A stretch of 64,000 nucleotides of DNA. It comes from Octopus vulgaris. Its lineage: Eukaryota. Under the pieces are notes generated by a model. The model saw only the letters and a program-made list of their open reading frames with translations. It had not been told where the DNA came from and did no database searches. The stretch spans positions 50,158,001-50,222,000 of the forward strand of contig OX597816.1 in the NCBI GenBank assembly GCA_951406725.2, in the 5' to 3' direction. The position numbers and the translations under genes were made by a program. Positions within the stretch are counted from its first letter, which is position 1, and every line of letters begins with the position of its first letter. Positions 1-12,173 of this stretch are shown here, in pieces.

Positions 1-163
1 GCCCAACTTTCTGTCATAGTCAATACGACAATCACACGCTACACACGTTCCTCCCAGGCACTGCTGTAAGCAGTGCAAGAAAGCTAGAACATTCAAACTA
101 GGTACACAGCAGATGTAAAGGTTAATCTGTGCCAAGCGGCTTTACTCTGCGTGCTTTAGCATC

Positions 164-177
164 GTTGCTATGGTAAC
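164..177. promoter_or_regulatory. RFX X-box motif
   Basis: GTTGCTATGGTAAC closely matches the palindromic X-box consensus GTTGCCATGGCAAC, in non-repetitive sequence. A GTAAGT donor-like site lies at 209 (+) and an ATG with A at -3 lies at 17..15 (-). Confidence 0.5.
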
Positions 178-621
178 TGTCCAGATACTTATTGATCAGG
201 CCACGTACGTAAGTTAAGTTTATATACAGATGAAAGGTACTTTAACGATCGACGCAATTGCTGGATACGTCTCAGAATTTCTTATGCTGGTAGTAAACTA
301 GATAAAAAAACTGATCTAGCTATATTATTAATGTATAGTATTAATACAAAGGACACATTAACATAAGCTATTCTCACAGTTTATTAAATGATTCCTCACA
401 CTTATGACTATGTGGTTTATATATTATATTATACATGTATATTATATCGAACATATCACATGCTCACTTAGAAGGATACTATAAAACTCAGTATTAATTA
501 TATATCTTCATGCATTTATTTTTATATTCTGTTCTTCCGGCTTCATCACTTAGTCGTTATGTCGATCCTGGGTAGGTTCAGTTTGCTTGATAATGACAAT
601 TCTGGACAAGGTTGCAATATA

Positions 622-793
622 CAGGAATGGCCAAAAGTCATCTGATAGTAAATCAAAACCATTTAATATCAAGATTCATTTGTTTGACAACTGAATGAAT
701 TTAATAAGCATCATGAAAATTGTTCAAAGTGGAATCCTGAGATAATATTTATGGAATTTTGATTTACGGTCTGGCAACTTTTGGCCAACCCTG
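622..793. mobile_element. Tc1/mariner-superfamily MITE
   Basis: Imperfect ~37-bp TIRs (CAGGAATGGCCAAAAGTCATCTGATAGTAAATCAAAA / TTTTGATTTACGGTCTGGCAACTTTTGGCCAACCCTG) with TA on both sides. The interior minus strand reads GFHFEQFS*, like a Tc1/mariner C-terminus. Confidence 0.85.
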
Positions 794-1179
794 TATATAT
801 CTCAACAACACCCACATGTAAACTATAAAGTTAAAAATCAAATATTCTGCATCAGATTCCACGAAACAACATATCATTGTCCACATGTAAATTATGTAGG
901 AGATATATCGACTGGTGTCAGTGAAATATGATTATATAGCTGTTGCAACGGATGGTCTTACTGAAATAGTTAAGGAGCATTTGCTTGGCTATATGACGAG
1001 AAAAAAATTCTACCTCTATTTCTTACACCAACATGAGCAATAACAACGCTGTAATTCCACTTAATGACATAATTCAAAGCCAAGCATTTGAGAGTATGAC
1101 CCAGGTCTCCCTTCTAAGTTCGAATAAGGAAACTCTATCAATGGGCCGGCAAAAATTATGATATGTACAGTGTCCTTCA

Positions 1180-1340
1180 CACACTTCCAGCTTATGAAAA
1201 ATTTCTTTCCGAATCACAAGTTTTCAAATTTAATTCCACTGCAGGACAACTTGGGCAAATGTCTTATATTATAGTGTTGGGACGGCCAAAACTTCTTGAA
1301 TGAGTTTGGTAGAACGAAAATGAATTAAGCCCATCATATA
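1180..1340 (+). mobile_element. Degenerate tRNA-derived SINE (family of 8576-9008)
   Basis: ACTTGGGCAAATGTCTTATATTATAG...GGCCAAA...TGAGTTTGGTAGA aligns with the SINE at 8576. Boundaries approximate. Confidence 0.55.
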
Positions 1341-1619
1341 AACATATATATATATTGAGAGTCATTGATGAGCAATAAGTTTCGTAAGCATTAAAATGCG
1401 AAATCATCTGATGCTGTATGGAGGTTGTCTCCCTCGTCTGTCATTAAGTTAGTGTTTTCCGTGGCTATTTAGTAGTTTTGACTCTTATTTCAATCAATAC
1501 TTGAAAAACTAATGTTCTAATATGATATCGTACGTAACAGGTTACCAATTCATATATACGTGTTCGACGAAAGATGAATATAACAGTACATCTGATATTT
1601 ATACATAGCGTGAAAAACA

Positions 1620-2330
1620 GCACCATGGCGCAACTCGCTCTGCTAGAATTTCGGAAACGACATGCTATACGAACATTTCAGAGTGTTTGGTTATAAAACT
1701 AAGGACAATAGAATCTGTGGACATGTACCGAGAGTGTTAAAAATCAAACATCCCGTCAACATCATGGTGTTTGGAGTGATCAGTAGTGATGTTGATGTTG
1801 TGCCTTCATTCATCTTTACACATGGCGTCAGACTCAATACGAGGGCATTCATTAAGTGCCTGGAGGAGGGAGTGCTGTCCTGGTTCAAAAGGGGGGTTGC
1901 TGGAAGACACTATGTCTCGCAACAAGACTCTGTACTATGCCACACAAGCAGGAGTTCCCAGTCATGGTTGTCAGACAATTATTGCGACCATATCACCCTA
2001 ACATCTGGCCACCTATCTCCCGAGACTACAACCCCATTGATTATCATATATGGGGTGCGTTTGAGCAAGAGTCCAACAAAACTGCTTGTAACACTAAAGA
2101 TGAACTGAATGCAAGGATTATAGCAGTATTCACTTAAACAAGACTGTTGTAAGAGATTCTGAAGTCGTATGGAGGCCGAGGTTAAAGCCAGTGGTGATTT
2201 TATTGAATAAATTCACTTTTTAGTATTTCATGAAATTATGGGATTTCGATAAACATATCTTTTAAAACGAGATGTCAATGTTATATTCATTTATGCGTAT
2301 TTAAAACGACTGTTTATTCACCGCATCCTG
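1620..2330 (+). mobile_element. DD37D (maT) transposon remnant, frameshifted
   Basis: HPVNIMVFGVISSD...QQDSVLCHT...HITPNIWPPISRDYNPIDY gives 37 residues between the last two Asp after one frameshift. 3' TIR ...TTATTCACCGCATCCTG is followed by TA. 5' boundary approximate. Confidence 0.85.
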
Positions 2331-2581
2331 TATATGCATATATATATGAGCGAGAGAGGTGGTGAGTAGATACACCCATGAAATGTTCAACTTATACCTG
2401 ATGAGATATGAAAAAAAATTGGGATGATGATTAATGATATAAAACGAACAACTATAAATTAATGTTTGATGACACCTGTTAGCGAATTCTTTCACCACTC
2501 TTTTTCTGCTGATCTCTTTCTCACGGTGCATAAAGTATAAAGATTTTTATACATACATGCATACATACAAACACACATACA

Positions 2582-2653
<72 letters not shown>

Positions 2654-2701
2654 TGTATGTGTGTGTATAAATATATGTATAGTCACATCTATATCTATCT
2701 A

Positions 2702-2756
<55 letters not shown>

Positions 2757-3921
2757 CTATGTGTGTATATGCATACACTTACATATTTATTTACACACAT
2801 AGATTCAGATATACGCTCGTGTGTCTGAGTGCGTACACATGCACGTGTTACTATGGTGCGTCCATCTGTTTATTTGAGTCTATCTCAAAAAGGATTGTGC
2901 GATAGAACATTGATCAATATTGAGATAGATAGAAAGCTGGAAAGAGTAAGAGAGTGCGAGAAAGAGAAATATTTGTTAAAATACAATATACAGCAGGGGA
3001 ATAATGAAAGCGAATAGTCAGATATGCTAAGAGAAAATTTCAGTGCAGTATTTCTTAAAATAGCAAAGTTGAAGAAAAACACCTTGGCATATTGTACTGG
3101 ATGATAGTGTCATACGAGTTAGAATTATCGAATGTTGTGTGAGGATTTCTGTTTGAATTTGTTCGTTATGGACTTGTGTAAGTTAAATTTAGATGAAGTT
3201 CATCGATAAGTCAAACTGGCCTTATACTGGACTATTAGATAAAATCCCCGAAATAAATTATATATAAATCCTTGTTTGATAAGCAATTGTATAAAGAGAT
3301 AGGTAGGTATGTGAATAATTGAATAGATGGACAGAGGGTTGGATACAGGGATTGTTTGACGGATGAAGGTGTATATAAGGTGCCGTTCCTTGTGGCACTG
3401 ATAAGAATATTGATGAGTAGATGAATTGTTGATGTACGTAATTTGACTATATCATACCTGTGCATACCATGTGATGTAACATTGGCACATACAAGCACAC
3501 ACACGCACTTCTATGCATGTATAAATATACTACCTATACACACACACATGCACACCCGTATATATATTTATAGATCCGAATGTTTACATATACATGCACA
3601 CATACAAACGGGCATATATATATATATGCATAGTATTCATATATTATTCACATATGTATATGCATATTATTCCTAGTTTTGGATAACAGAAGATATAGGA
3701 TCAGCTGATTATGATTTTACTCAAACATATTCCCCTTTCAAATTCACACACTTACTGCAGCGGTCCTTTAGTTTTTCTAAGCACTGTAAAAGAAATCCGA
3801 TCTGGCCTTTCACGATGGCTTTATGGCCTCCATCTCGTATACGTACGTACATACATACATACATACATACATACATACATACATACATACATACATACAT
3901 ACATACATACATTCATACATA

Positions 3922-4615
3922 GGGCACTATAAGGAAATCCGTCGGAAGGATAACTCTGAGGACAAAGAAATAAGAACCCACAGTATGGTAGGAACCATGA
4001 CCACTCATAAAAGAAAGGAATAATGGTGGAATGCCACAGTGAAGACCGCAGTAAAATGTAAGCACAATAGACCTGATATAATTATTTGGGATAGAGAAGA
4101 GAAACTGTGTACAGTTGTGGAAATTAGCTACTCAGCGGATGTTAACATAAAGCTGAAGATCAATGAAACGAGAAAAACTACGCTGAAATATTGCGAAATT
4201 GGGGTTACTCTATCCTGAATAAAAGTTCTGATTCATACCTGTAATTGTTGTGGCCATGGGATATGTAACACAGTACCTAAATACCAATTTTGAGAAATTA
4301 GGCTACTGAAAACCAGAAAGGAGAAAGCTAATTACAAGTTTACAGATCCAATCTATCACTGGAACTGTAAAAATCTGTAAAACTTTCCATAAGTTTATAA
4401 TTTAAATATATATGAACATGTCTAGATATGCAACTATATGCATGAGAATACATACATAAAGCAAAACATGCAAATCTGCACATATGCATACATACGCACA
4501 GAGAGAAATGCACTGTTGTTGATGTCGAAATTCCAGTGAAGGAGCCTTGGATCTAGGTTAGATAGCGGCTCTTTCTCTATTGTCAAGATATCTTAAAAGA
4601 AAACTGAACAAAGAC
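3922..4615 (+). mobile_element. Non-LTR retrotransposon 3' fragment with restriction-like endonuclease (RLE)
   Basis: Translates [35 protein letters not shown]...FIPVIVVAMG (PD-(D/E)xK nuclease). The 3' UTR has a hairpin GAAGGAGCC...GGCTCTTTC. Starts directly after (TACA)n. Confidence 0.8.
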
Positions 4616-6028
4616 ATACGTGCGCGGGCGCGCACACAGACACACAAACACACTGACACACGATTTTATTTAAACTGCAAAGTCTTCTCAAAAGTGTTAA
4701 TCAGAGACTATGCTGCCACACTCGTGTTTATAACTGGCGTTCGAAAAATTCTCTTGTTTCCATAGAGAAAACGTGGTTAGGCTCAAACATTTTTGTAGGT
4801 TCCACACTACATCCGTGCCTTAATATCATGCGGAAATATTTTGGGTGCCATACGTTGGGGCTAACACGGTTGAGTGAACGTGTCTATAGGCTATCGTAAA
4901 AATCGGTGCTCTCTAAATTTAATCTGTGAAGTGATGCATTAGACAAGAATTGTTTGTATGGTGTCCTCTGGTTCAATGATAATCATGTGTATGTACGTAA
5001 TCTTTTAGTTCTCTAAAAGACATAATCCTTTAGTTCTCCACTAAATTCATAATGACATACATACGTATAAAATCTTGATTGTGCCACCAAATGTTTAGTT
5101 TGCTAACTATATAATTTCAAGAGTACATCGCATGTCGGACGGAAACGTCCCAACCGGTCACCGGCACACGAACACGAGGACGACATTGTCATCTTTTCAA
5201 GGACGTCTGCAAGAGAGATATGAATTCATATTTTCTTTCTACGTAGATATCAATCTGCCTACCTATCTACTTACCTTTGTACCCATATACGTGCATACTG
5301 ATGCATATATGTATGTATATATTCCATTCATTCATCCGTCCAATTTGGCCTCCCATTATTTCCTGAGATGTTCATAGGGATAGGGACAGCTTTTTATCAA
5401 AAGCAAGTGTCATTAGGTTTTACGGTTGGATTCCCCTGTGTGGCCACCTAAGAAAATGGATATTATGCAATCATCTCAGTTTTGCTTTGCCCCTACATTT
5501 TTAACAGGTTAGATTAACAGGAAGAATCCGATTTACGATTCTTTCTGGCAATATTCTGTTCAAGTGTCTGTAGTACCAGATGTATAGCCTCTCAATGCGT
5601 AGAAGTAGCGGCTTGAAGTGGAAGGATCACTGGCCTCCAAATAACGAACTCTTTCAAGTACCGTTACTCTAGAGACTTTTCGGAATCACTATTTCCGCCT
5701 ACATGTAATAACGATCGTACATGTTTCGTCATCAGCCAACATTCATAACCATTTGTGAGCATACACACGAAAATACAATTCAGGAGAATGTTATCAAACA
5801 TACTCTCTTTGTCCTGTTTTGAGAAATGAATACTAGACAAGATTCGCTATTGTGTCAGCTCACATGCAATTATGGCACTCGATTCAGTTTCCTGCCTTTC
5901 ATCACTTGTGAATACGTTCCTGAGATACTTCAACGTCTCCTCTAGTCTTAGTTTTGTATATGTTTATATGCTTTTATGCCTGTATGAATGAATGTATGAA
6001 CGTATATATGTATATATAATTATATATA

Positions 6029-6232
6029 GGAGAGTTCACGAAAAAAAACAAAAGACGAAGACAGGTGGTGTAGAAAACAAACAGATGTATTAGCACAACG
6101 CTCAGGAATAGAAAAAAGTATTTTACGTTTCGAGCCTACGCTCTTCTACAGAAAGGAACACAGAAAAAAATAAAATCAAGGAGAGAAACAAGGAGAGAAA
6201 AAAATGTGTGTAGTGGCTACCGATCTATCATG
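6029..6232 (-). mobile_element. PLE terminal fragment with minimal hammerhead-like motif (family of 11910-13122)
   Basis: Reverse complement is homologous to ~12930-13122 and contains CTGTAGA-A-GAG-CGTAGG-CTC-GAAA-CG-TA (6154..6121). Abuts (TA)n. Confidence 0.8.
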
Positions 6233-6239
6233 AACCGTA

Positions 6240-6940
6240 TTTTTTATTACAATAATATCAAGTGGCATAGCATGCACTAAAATCCCTAAAGGGAAAAAAA
6301 TTATTAATTAATAATTAAGGGCGCCACAAGTAGCACTAGCCCTCTAAATGAACCGGTATGTCTGGCTTATCAATTTACGATTCTTTTCGTGATGAGTACG
6401 CGGACTTAGAATATTATGCTCATTCCCCCGATTTCAGTTAATGTATATCAGTTAAAATTTGTGGTTGTAGTCGTCTTTTAAAGTGTTGATGCTACTTGTA
6501 CCACCCTAAATTATTAATTAATAAATATTTTTACCTTTATGCTATTACTTTTATTAATTTTTCTTATGCATGCTATACCACGTGGTATTATTGTAAACAA
6601 TAATATACTTACATATCGTTTTATAATACATTATTGAATTGGAGCACCGTTTTAAATTTGCTGCGTCATTAAAAACAGTCATCGCACACAAGGTTGGGGA
6701 TGAGCAGATTTTATGACCCTGGATCAGTAAGAGTCGCTGAGGATGACTAAGTGACATTTACAAATCGTGACGATACGGCTATGTCTGGCTTTTCAATTTA
6801 CGATTCTCTTCGTTATTAGTACGGTGGCTTAGAATTTTCTGCTCATTCCTCCGATTTCAGTTAATGTGTATCATTGAAAATTTGTGGATGCAGTCGTTTT
6901 CTGAATGCTAATTTAAAGAGTGCTTATAGCATCCTTACTT
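6240..6940. mobile_element. Probable PLE terminal repeat with inverted and direct duplications
   Basis: Inverted arms at ~6247-6348 and ~6477-6596; the spacer ~6357-6477 is repeated directly at ~6780-6900. Degenerate HHR (agtcg-CTGAGGA...TA-cggct) at 6732-6780. Ends in (TA)n. Confidence 0.6.
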
Positions 6941-6960
6941 ATATATATATATATAGATAT

Positions 6961-7160
6961 GTAGGTCCCGGGTTGAATCGGGGTTAACCACAGTAAATAA
7001 GGTACTCAATACATAGCAGAGTAAATTAATTTATTTTATAGAAGGAGCTTCTACAGGACTAGAACTGTTTCATTCAAAAGAAATCATCAGGAAGCTTCCT
7101 GATGATTTCTTTTGAATGAAACAGTTCTAGTCCTGTAGAAGCTCCTTCTATAAAATAAAT
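6961..7160. mobile_element. PLE-type terminus with a perfect 132-bp palindrome (7029-7160)
   Basis: 66-bp arms with no spacer, centred at 7094/7095 (AAGCTT). Flanked by (TA)n and TACA repeats. Confidence 0.8.
7093..7143 (+). ncRNA. Type I hammerhead ribozyme motif (identical copy on the minus strand at 7096..7046)
   Basis: Stem I agcttc/gaagct; core CTGATGA (7099-7105); stem II T-TTC-TTTT-GAA-T; GAAA; stem III ACAG/CTGT with loop TTCTAGTC; predicted cleavage GUA| at 7137/7138. Confidence 0.75.
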
Positions 7161-7168
7161 AAATATAC

Positions 7169-7239
<71 letters not shown>

Positions 7240-7261
7240 AGTATGTATGTATGTATGTATG

Positions 7262-7295
<34 letters not shown>

Positions 7296-7389
7296 TGTAT
7301 GTATGTATGTATGTATGTATGCTTACTTGCAGAGGTGCCAAGCACTGCGTGGGATTGAATTGGCATGGTTTGTCTATATATAAATATTA

Positions 7390-8469
7390 CAGTTATGTTG
7401 AAACAGGAGATACGGGAAAGTGCAGCATTGACGATAAAACATTTGTGAAATATATTTTAAAGCTTTGTATGAACGAAAAATTTAATTTAGCAAAGCAATT
7501 TCGACAGAATTAGGTATTTTATAACTAATTCCGTTATTTCATAACACCAGACGTTGTAAAGAACGAATTTGCACGGGGTCTGTTTCTGAAAGTTATTCTA
7601 TTGGACCTCTGTATAATCTGGCGTGGCAAACGTTGCTTTCATGATTCAGCATTAACTGCTGCATCATGTCTTTGCCGAATTTGAGAAAGTATCATCTCTC
7701 TTCAGTCTAGAGACTCCATATCATGTGCGGCAGCATGCCTTTCTTGATCTTGAAAACATCTCATCTCCCTTCTCTCTTGAGACTCCTTGCTTTACAGGTG
7801 TTTCTGGAAATATTACATTATTTTCTTTGGTGACAGATTTTTTTTTCAATATTTTAAACAAAAATTATGAACACATAAAAAGTATATACATTAATCTCTA
7901 TTTCTCTAAGCAGTCGTATGTATGTAGCATGTCTGTGTAATTGTATGCAGTGTAAATATGAGCAAATTTTAACTGCCTTGCAAAGGCATGCTGCAGTGTG
8001 TCAGTTGAAGTTTCAATACAGAACGGGCATGACATTTTCCAAAGATCACCAAACGCATGCAGCAGCCCGTTAAATATAATCTCAATAAAATGAAGGGAAT
8101 GGAGACTTTCTGAAGATCAGTAAAGTCATGCCGCAGCACATCAAATAGAATCTCATGACAGAAGGGAGATGGGATATTCCCAAGATCAGTATGCTGCAGC
8201 TCTTAATACGAAATCATTAACTCTACGTTTAGCATGTCAGATTACACACAGGTCCAACTGAATACCTCTCAGAAACAGACGACGTAAAAATTCGTTCTTC
8301 ACAATACCTACTGCTGCTTTTAGATATGATCCATCCCATTCTTATCCAAATAATAATTCTGTCCAAATTGGCATGATAAACTCAAGTGGTCGGTATGCAA
8401 AGCTTTCAAATTTACTCCACAAATGTTTTGTCATCAATAATACACTTTCCCGTGTCACCTGTTTCAACA

Positions 8470-8475
<6 letters not shown>
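7390..8475. mobile_element. Non-autonomous DNA transposon with long (~390 bp) imperfect TIRs (foldback-like MITE)
   Basis: CAGTTATGTTGAAACAGGAGATACGGGAAAGTG at the left end is inverted at the right end. Successive blocks keep pairing to about 7780/8090. TA flanks on both sides; internal ~66-bp subrepeats; no ORF. Confidence 0.85.
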
Positions 8476-8545
<70 letters not shown>

Positions 8546-8575
8546 ATATAATATATATAATATATACGCTATACA

Positions 8576-9008
8576 GGCGCAGGAGTGATTTTGTGGTAAG
8601 TAACTTGCTTACCAACCGCATGGTTCCGGGTTCATTCCCACAGCATGGCACCTTGGGCAAGTGTCTTCTACTATAGCCTCGGGCCGACCAAAGCCTTGTG
8701 AGTGGATTTGGTAGACGGAAACTGAAGGAAGCCCGTCGTATATACGCATATATATATATGTATTTGTGTGTGTGTGTGTGTATGTTTGTTTGTGTGTATG
8801 TTTGTGTGTCTATGTGTGTCCTCCTACTATCGCCTGACCACCGATGGCGGTGTGTTTACATCCACGTAACTTAGCAGTTCGGCCAAAGAGACCGATAGAA
8901 TAATTACTAGGCTTACAAACAATAAGTCCTAGGCTCGATTTGCTCGACTAAAGGCGGTGCTCCAGCATGGCCGCAGTCAAATGACTGAAACAAGTAAAAG
9001 TGTAAGAG
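8576..9008 (+). mobile_element. tRNA-derived SINE with CORE-like segment
   Basis: tRNA-like head with B-box GGTTCATTCCC, then CCTTGGGCAAGTG (CORE-like), an internal (TG)n and a 3' tail. Several degenerate copies occur elsewhere in the window. Confidence 0.85.
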
Positions 9009-9589
9009 AGTATATGTGTGTGTATACGCACATAAAATTTTCTAAATTGCTATTCATTAATACAAACGCACAAACACGCACACATACATACACATAAACA
9101 CTCTACACACTAAATGCACAAATGTATGTATGTACTGGATAAGCGATGCATAAACATTTCTGTACTACGAAGCGTTAGATGACCTTTTCCCATCTATTCA
9201 CGTGTAAGTGGACAAAATTAATTAACAAAGAATGAACAAATTATACTTCCAAGCTGTGAAAGCAAGATTAGCTAACAAAATTCCACTGCAACTATAGTTT
9301 ATCAGCAGCAATTTCGTCTCGCAAAATTTACCACTAACGAAACTATCATCTGGGAACCGACACATGCGTGGACGAACCGAAGGTATTCTTCCAGCCCATA
9401 GTCATAAAATTACATATGTTAAATTGGGTAGTGTGACATATTCGTTATTGTATTCGACACATGTCCATGTAATTAGTCAATTGATTATGAGGATAATTAA
9501 TACGAAATAATTAATGTATATCATTCAATATCACGTTTAATTGCTATATTTCTGGGACATTACAAATATATATTAATTGAAAACTTATA

Positions 9590-9760
9590 GGTGCAGTTAT
9601 AGCTGGGTGGGTAAGAAACATGCTTTGAAACGACGTGATTTAAAATGCAGACAAGCTGCGTGGCACCTTGGAACTGCATCTTTTATTGTACTGCCGGACG
9701 TACCAATACCGTGTCAGTGAATTTCGAAAACGGAGACAGTTGAAACTTGTCGTACATACA
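9590..9760 (+). mobile_element. Degenerate SINE head (family of 8576)
   Basis: GGTGCAG...GGGTAAG...GCGTGGCACCTTGG...GTGAATTT aligns with 8576-8740. Confidence 0.55.
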
Positions 9761-9899
9761 TATATGAGATTTAATACTGTGTATCAGACGTAAAGTTGTG
9801 TACTGGGTTTGAATTTATTCGACTACACCATTCAGTGGAATCTCAGCATGATTGCAGTGTAGTGAATGGAACAAGTGAAAAGTGAAATATAAGAGAAAC

Positions 9900-10350
9900 A
9901 AATTCTATTCTCATTATTTATTTCATCTAGGATCCCTGTATTACAGGTGATTGTATCATAAAATTGAAATGAAAGAAGTACAACGATGAACTTGGTAAAA
10001 TTTGAACTGTGATCATAAATGCTGCATATGACTGTTACAAAGATACTTTGGGACATGCCTGTAAATAGTGAATAAATCGATGCGAACACTGTGAAAAAAA
10101 AAATAGCAAAGAGAAAGGAGGTAATATTTGAAACCCTTATCTTAATAAGCACAATATTGATCGAAAGAAGATAAAAATTCTATTAAAGCATGATGGCGTT
10201 GAAGTTTAATTAATTGCACAAAGTCTATAAGAAATAATAATATGAAAAAATCCTGTCTACTGAACTGTATAAGATAAACCCATGAACTCAAGAACAGATT
10301 CAGAAGGGAAAAAAAGCACAAGCTAGACAGCATTACACACATTAAATATA
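9900..10350 (+). mobile_element. Old RTE-like LINE remnant
   Basis: Broken-frame motifs resemble F.YLGS..D.C..EIKRR, CY..TL.YACE.W and G.R.RGR. Heavily decayed. Confidence 0.35.
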
Positions 10351-11854
10351 GCACTACTTGGAATAGCAAACATGCCATTTCATAAACGTATATGCAACAA
10401 TTCATAAAGAACAAAATAAGAAACAATAATAGTCGATATTTAACAAATAAATTGTGTTCCAGGAATAAATTTAAAACTGATTATCTAATTGGCACAAATC
10501 TAATCAAAGGAAAATTACATCATAATATTCACACCTGGGAAACTATCGTTTAAATATAGCCTATAATATTTGCTGTTAAAGTAATAATATAATTTACATT
10601 AATCTTGTACACGAATGATGTTTAAATAATACCACAGACTTCTGTATTAAATAATTGAGTGTGATAATCTATTCAGTGGTATACCATAATCTGGGCCATG
10701 ATGACCAACACAGCAGTCGCCTCCATCTTTTCAGTAAGCAATGTCTGAAACCTTATGTTTTATAGCTCTTACGCATTTACCATATTGTTTAGTTCAAAGT
10801 CAACTCTAATCGAACAGATCTAACAATTCTATTTTACATCTAATATTTAACTGTTCTTCATTATTTTTTTTTATTAATATAAGGATTGCGATGAAAAATA
10901 TCTACTAGCTATTTCCAGCCGAATACGAATCTATGCAAAGACTGTCTAATTATAAAAGCTAGTTCTCACTTAAAAGCTGTAGCAGCAAAGATCATTGTAC
11001 TCGAGTTGCCTGTGATCTGAAGTGCTACTTAACATTGAATAAACGAATCCATCTGAAAGCGCCGCTAAACAGAAGAATGACATTTGACCATTCTTTCAGA
11101 AAGCATCGATGTGATTCATATAATGTAATCGATTCATTCATGGCGTTTGATTGGTCTCATATATCACAGTAAAATCGAAATAGCCCGACGGATTTGAGAT
11201 AAAGCACATTGCTTGAATACATGGAAACGGTTTTATATTTCAATATTCACGATATGTCACATAAGTAAACTTGGCTGAGCTACAGCTAACGGCTCTATGC
11301 TTTATCTGAATTTATTAGGCACATGTAGAAGAGTTAGGTAAGATATACTCATTATCAGAAAGAGAAGAAAAAAAGAAAAGGAATATAATTTCTTTTGAAC
11401 TTTATATGTTATCCTTAATGTACATACGTTTCGCCGCTACATTCTTCTGTTGAACTCAAGCTGACACACGATAAAACCAGGGTTAGTCGTCTGTATCTGA
11501 GTATACCAATGTTGAAAGGTACGAAACAGACTTTAAAGACATGTATTATCAGTGAAGATGTGTCTCGTTATATCACAAGAGAAAAAAGATTATCCACGTA
11601 TATTACTTCATTAAAGTTATCTAGGAACGCGTTGTTTTTATGTTCTTTGGAACCTATACGAGAAACTATAATTACATGTACTAAGGGTTGTAGATAAATA
11701 AAAAATCTGATACATATCGGTCAAATTTTGCTGAGGTGTAAAGGTACGGGGACGTAAGTAAACCAACATTTGTCAAATGATGTGTGGTGTGAGGAAACAA
11801 ACACACACACACATATATATGTATGTGTGTACATTTATATCTATATATGCATCA

Positions 11855-11909
<55 letters not shown>

Positions 11910-11913
<4 letters not shown>

Positions 11914-12173
11914 ATTCCTTGTACATCGGACAAACGGGACGCCGCTTGGCTGACCGGTTCGCGGAACACCTTCGTGACATCCACCTTGCGAACGACACAC
12001 CGGTCTCACGCCATTTCCGCTCCACCGGTCACTCCTTGCAACACCTATCTGTGTTCGGTTTGTCCTTATACAGAGGCCATCCGGATTCCCGTTTGCGCCG
12101 TGAACAGGAATTAATCTTCTCTCTTCGCTCTTATACGCCATTTGGTCTCAACTCTCCCCCCCTCCTCATATAA
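11910..12173 (+). pseudogene. GIY-YIG endonuclease domain fragment of a PLE
   Basis: YIGQT, R..EH, E..I and GLN motifs are typical of PLE GIY-YIG. The N-terminus of the ORF-track entry is (TA)n artefact. Confidence 0.9.

Noticed and set aside
5711-5740. Minus-strand CTGATGA-C-GAAA-CATG-TA resembling a hammerhead
   Set aside because: Stem II is absent, stem I pairs poorly and there is no (TA)n/PLE context. At most a deleted relic.
11420-11465. Minus-strand CAGAAGA...GAAACGTA motif
   Set aside because: The core is mutated and there is no convincing stem I or stem II.
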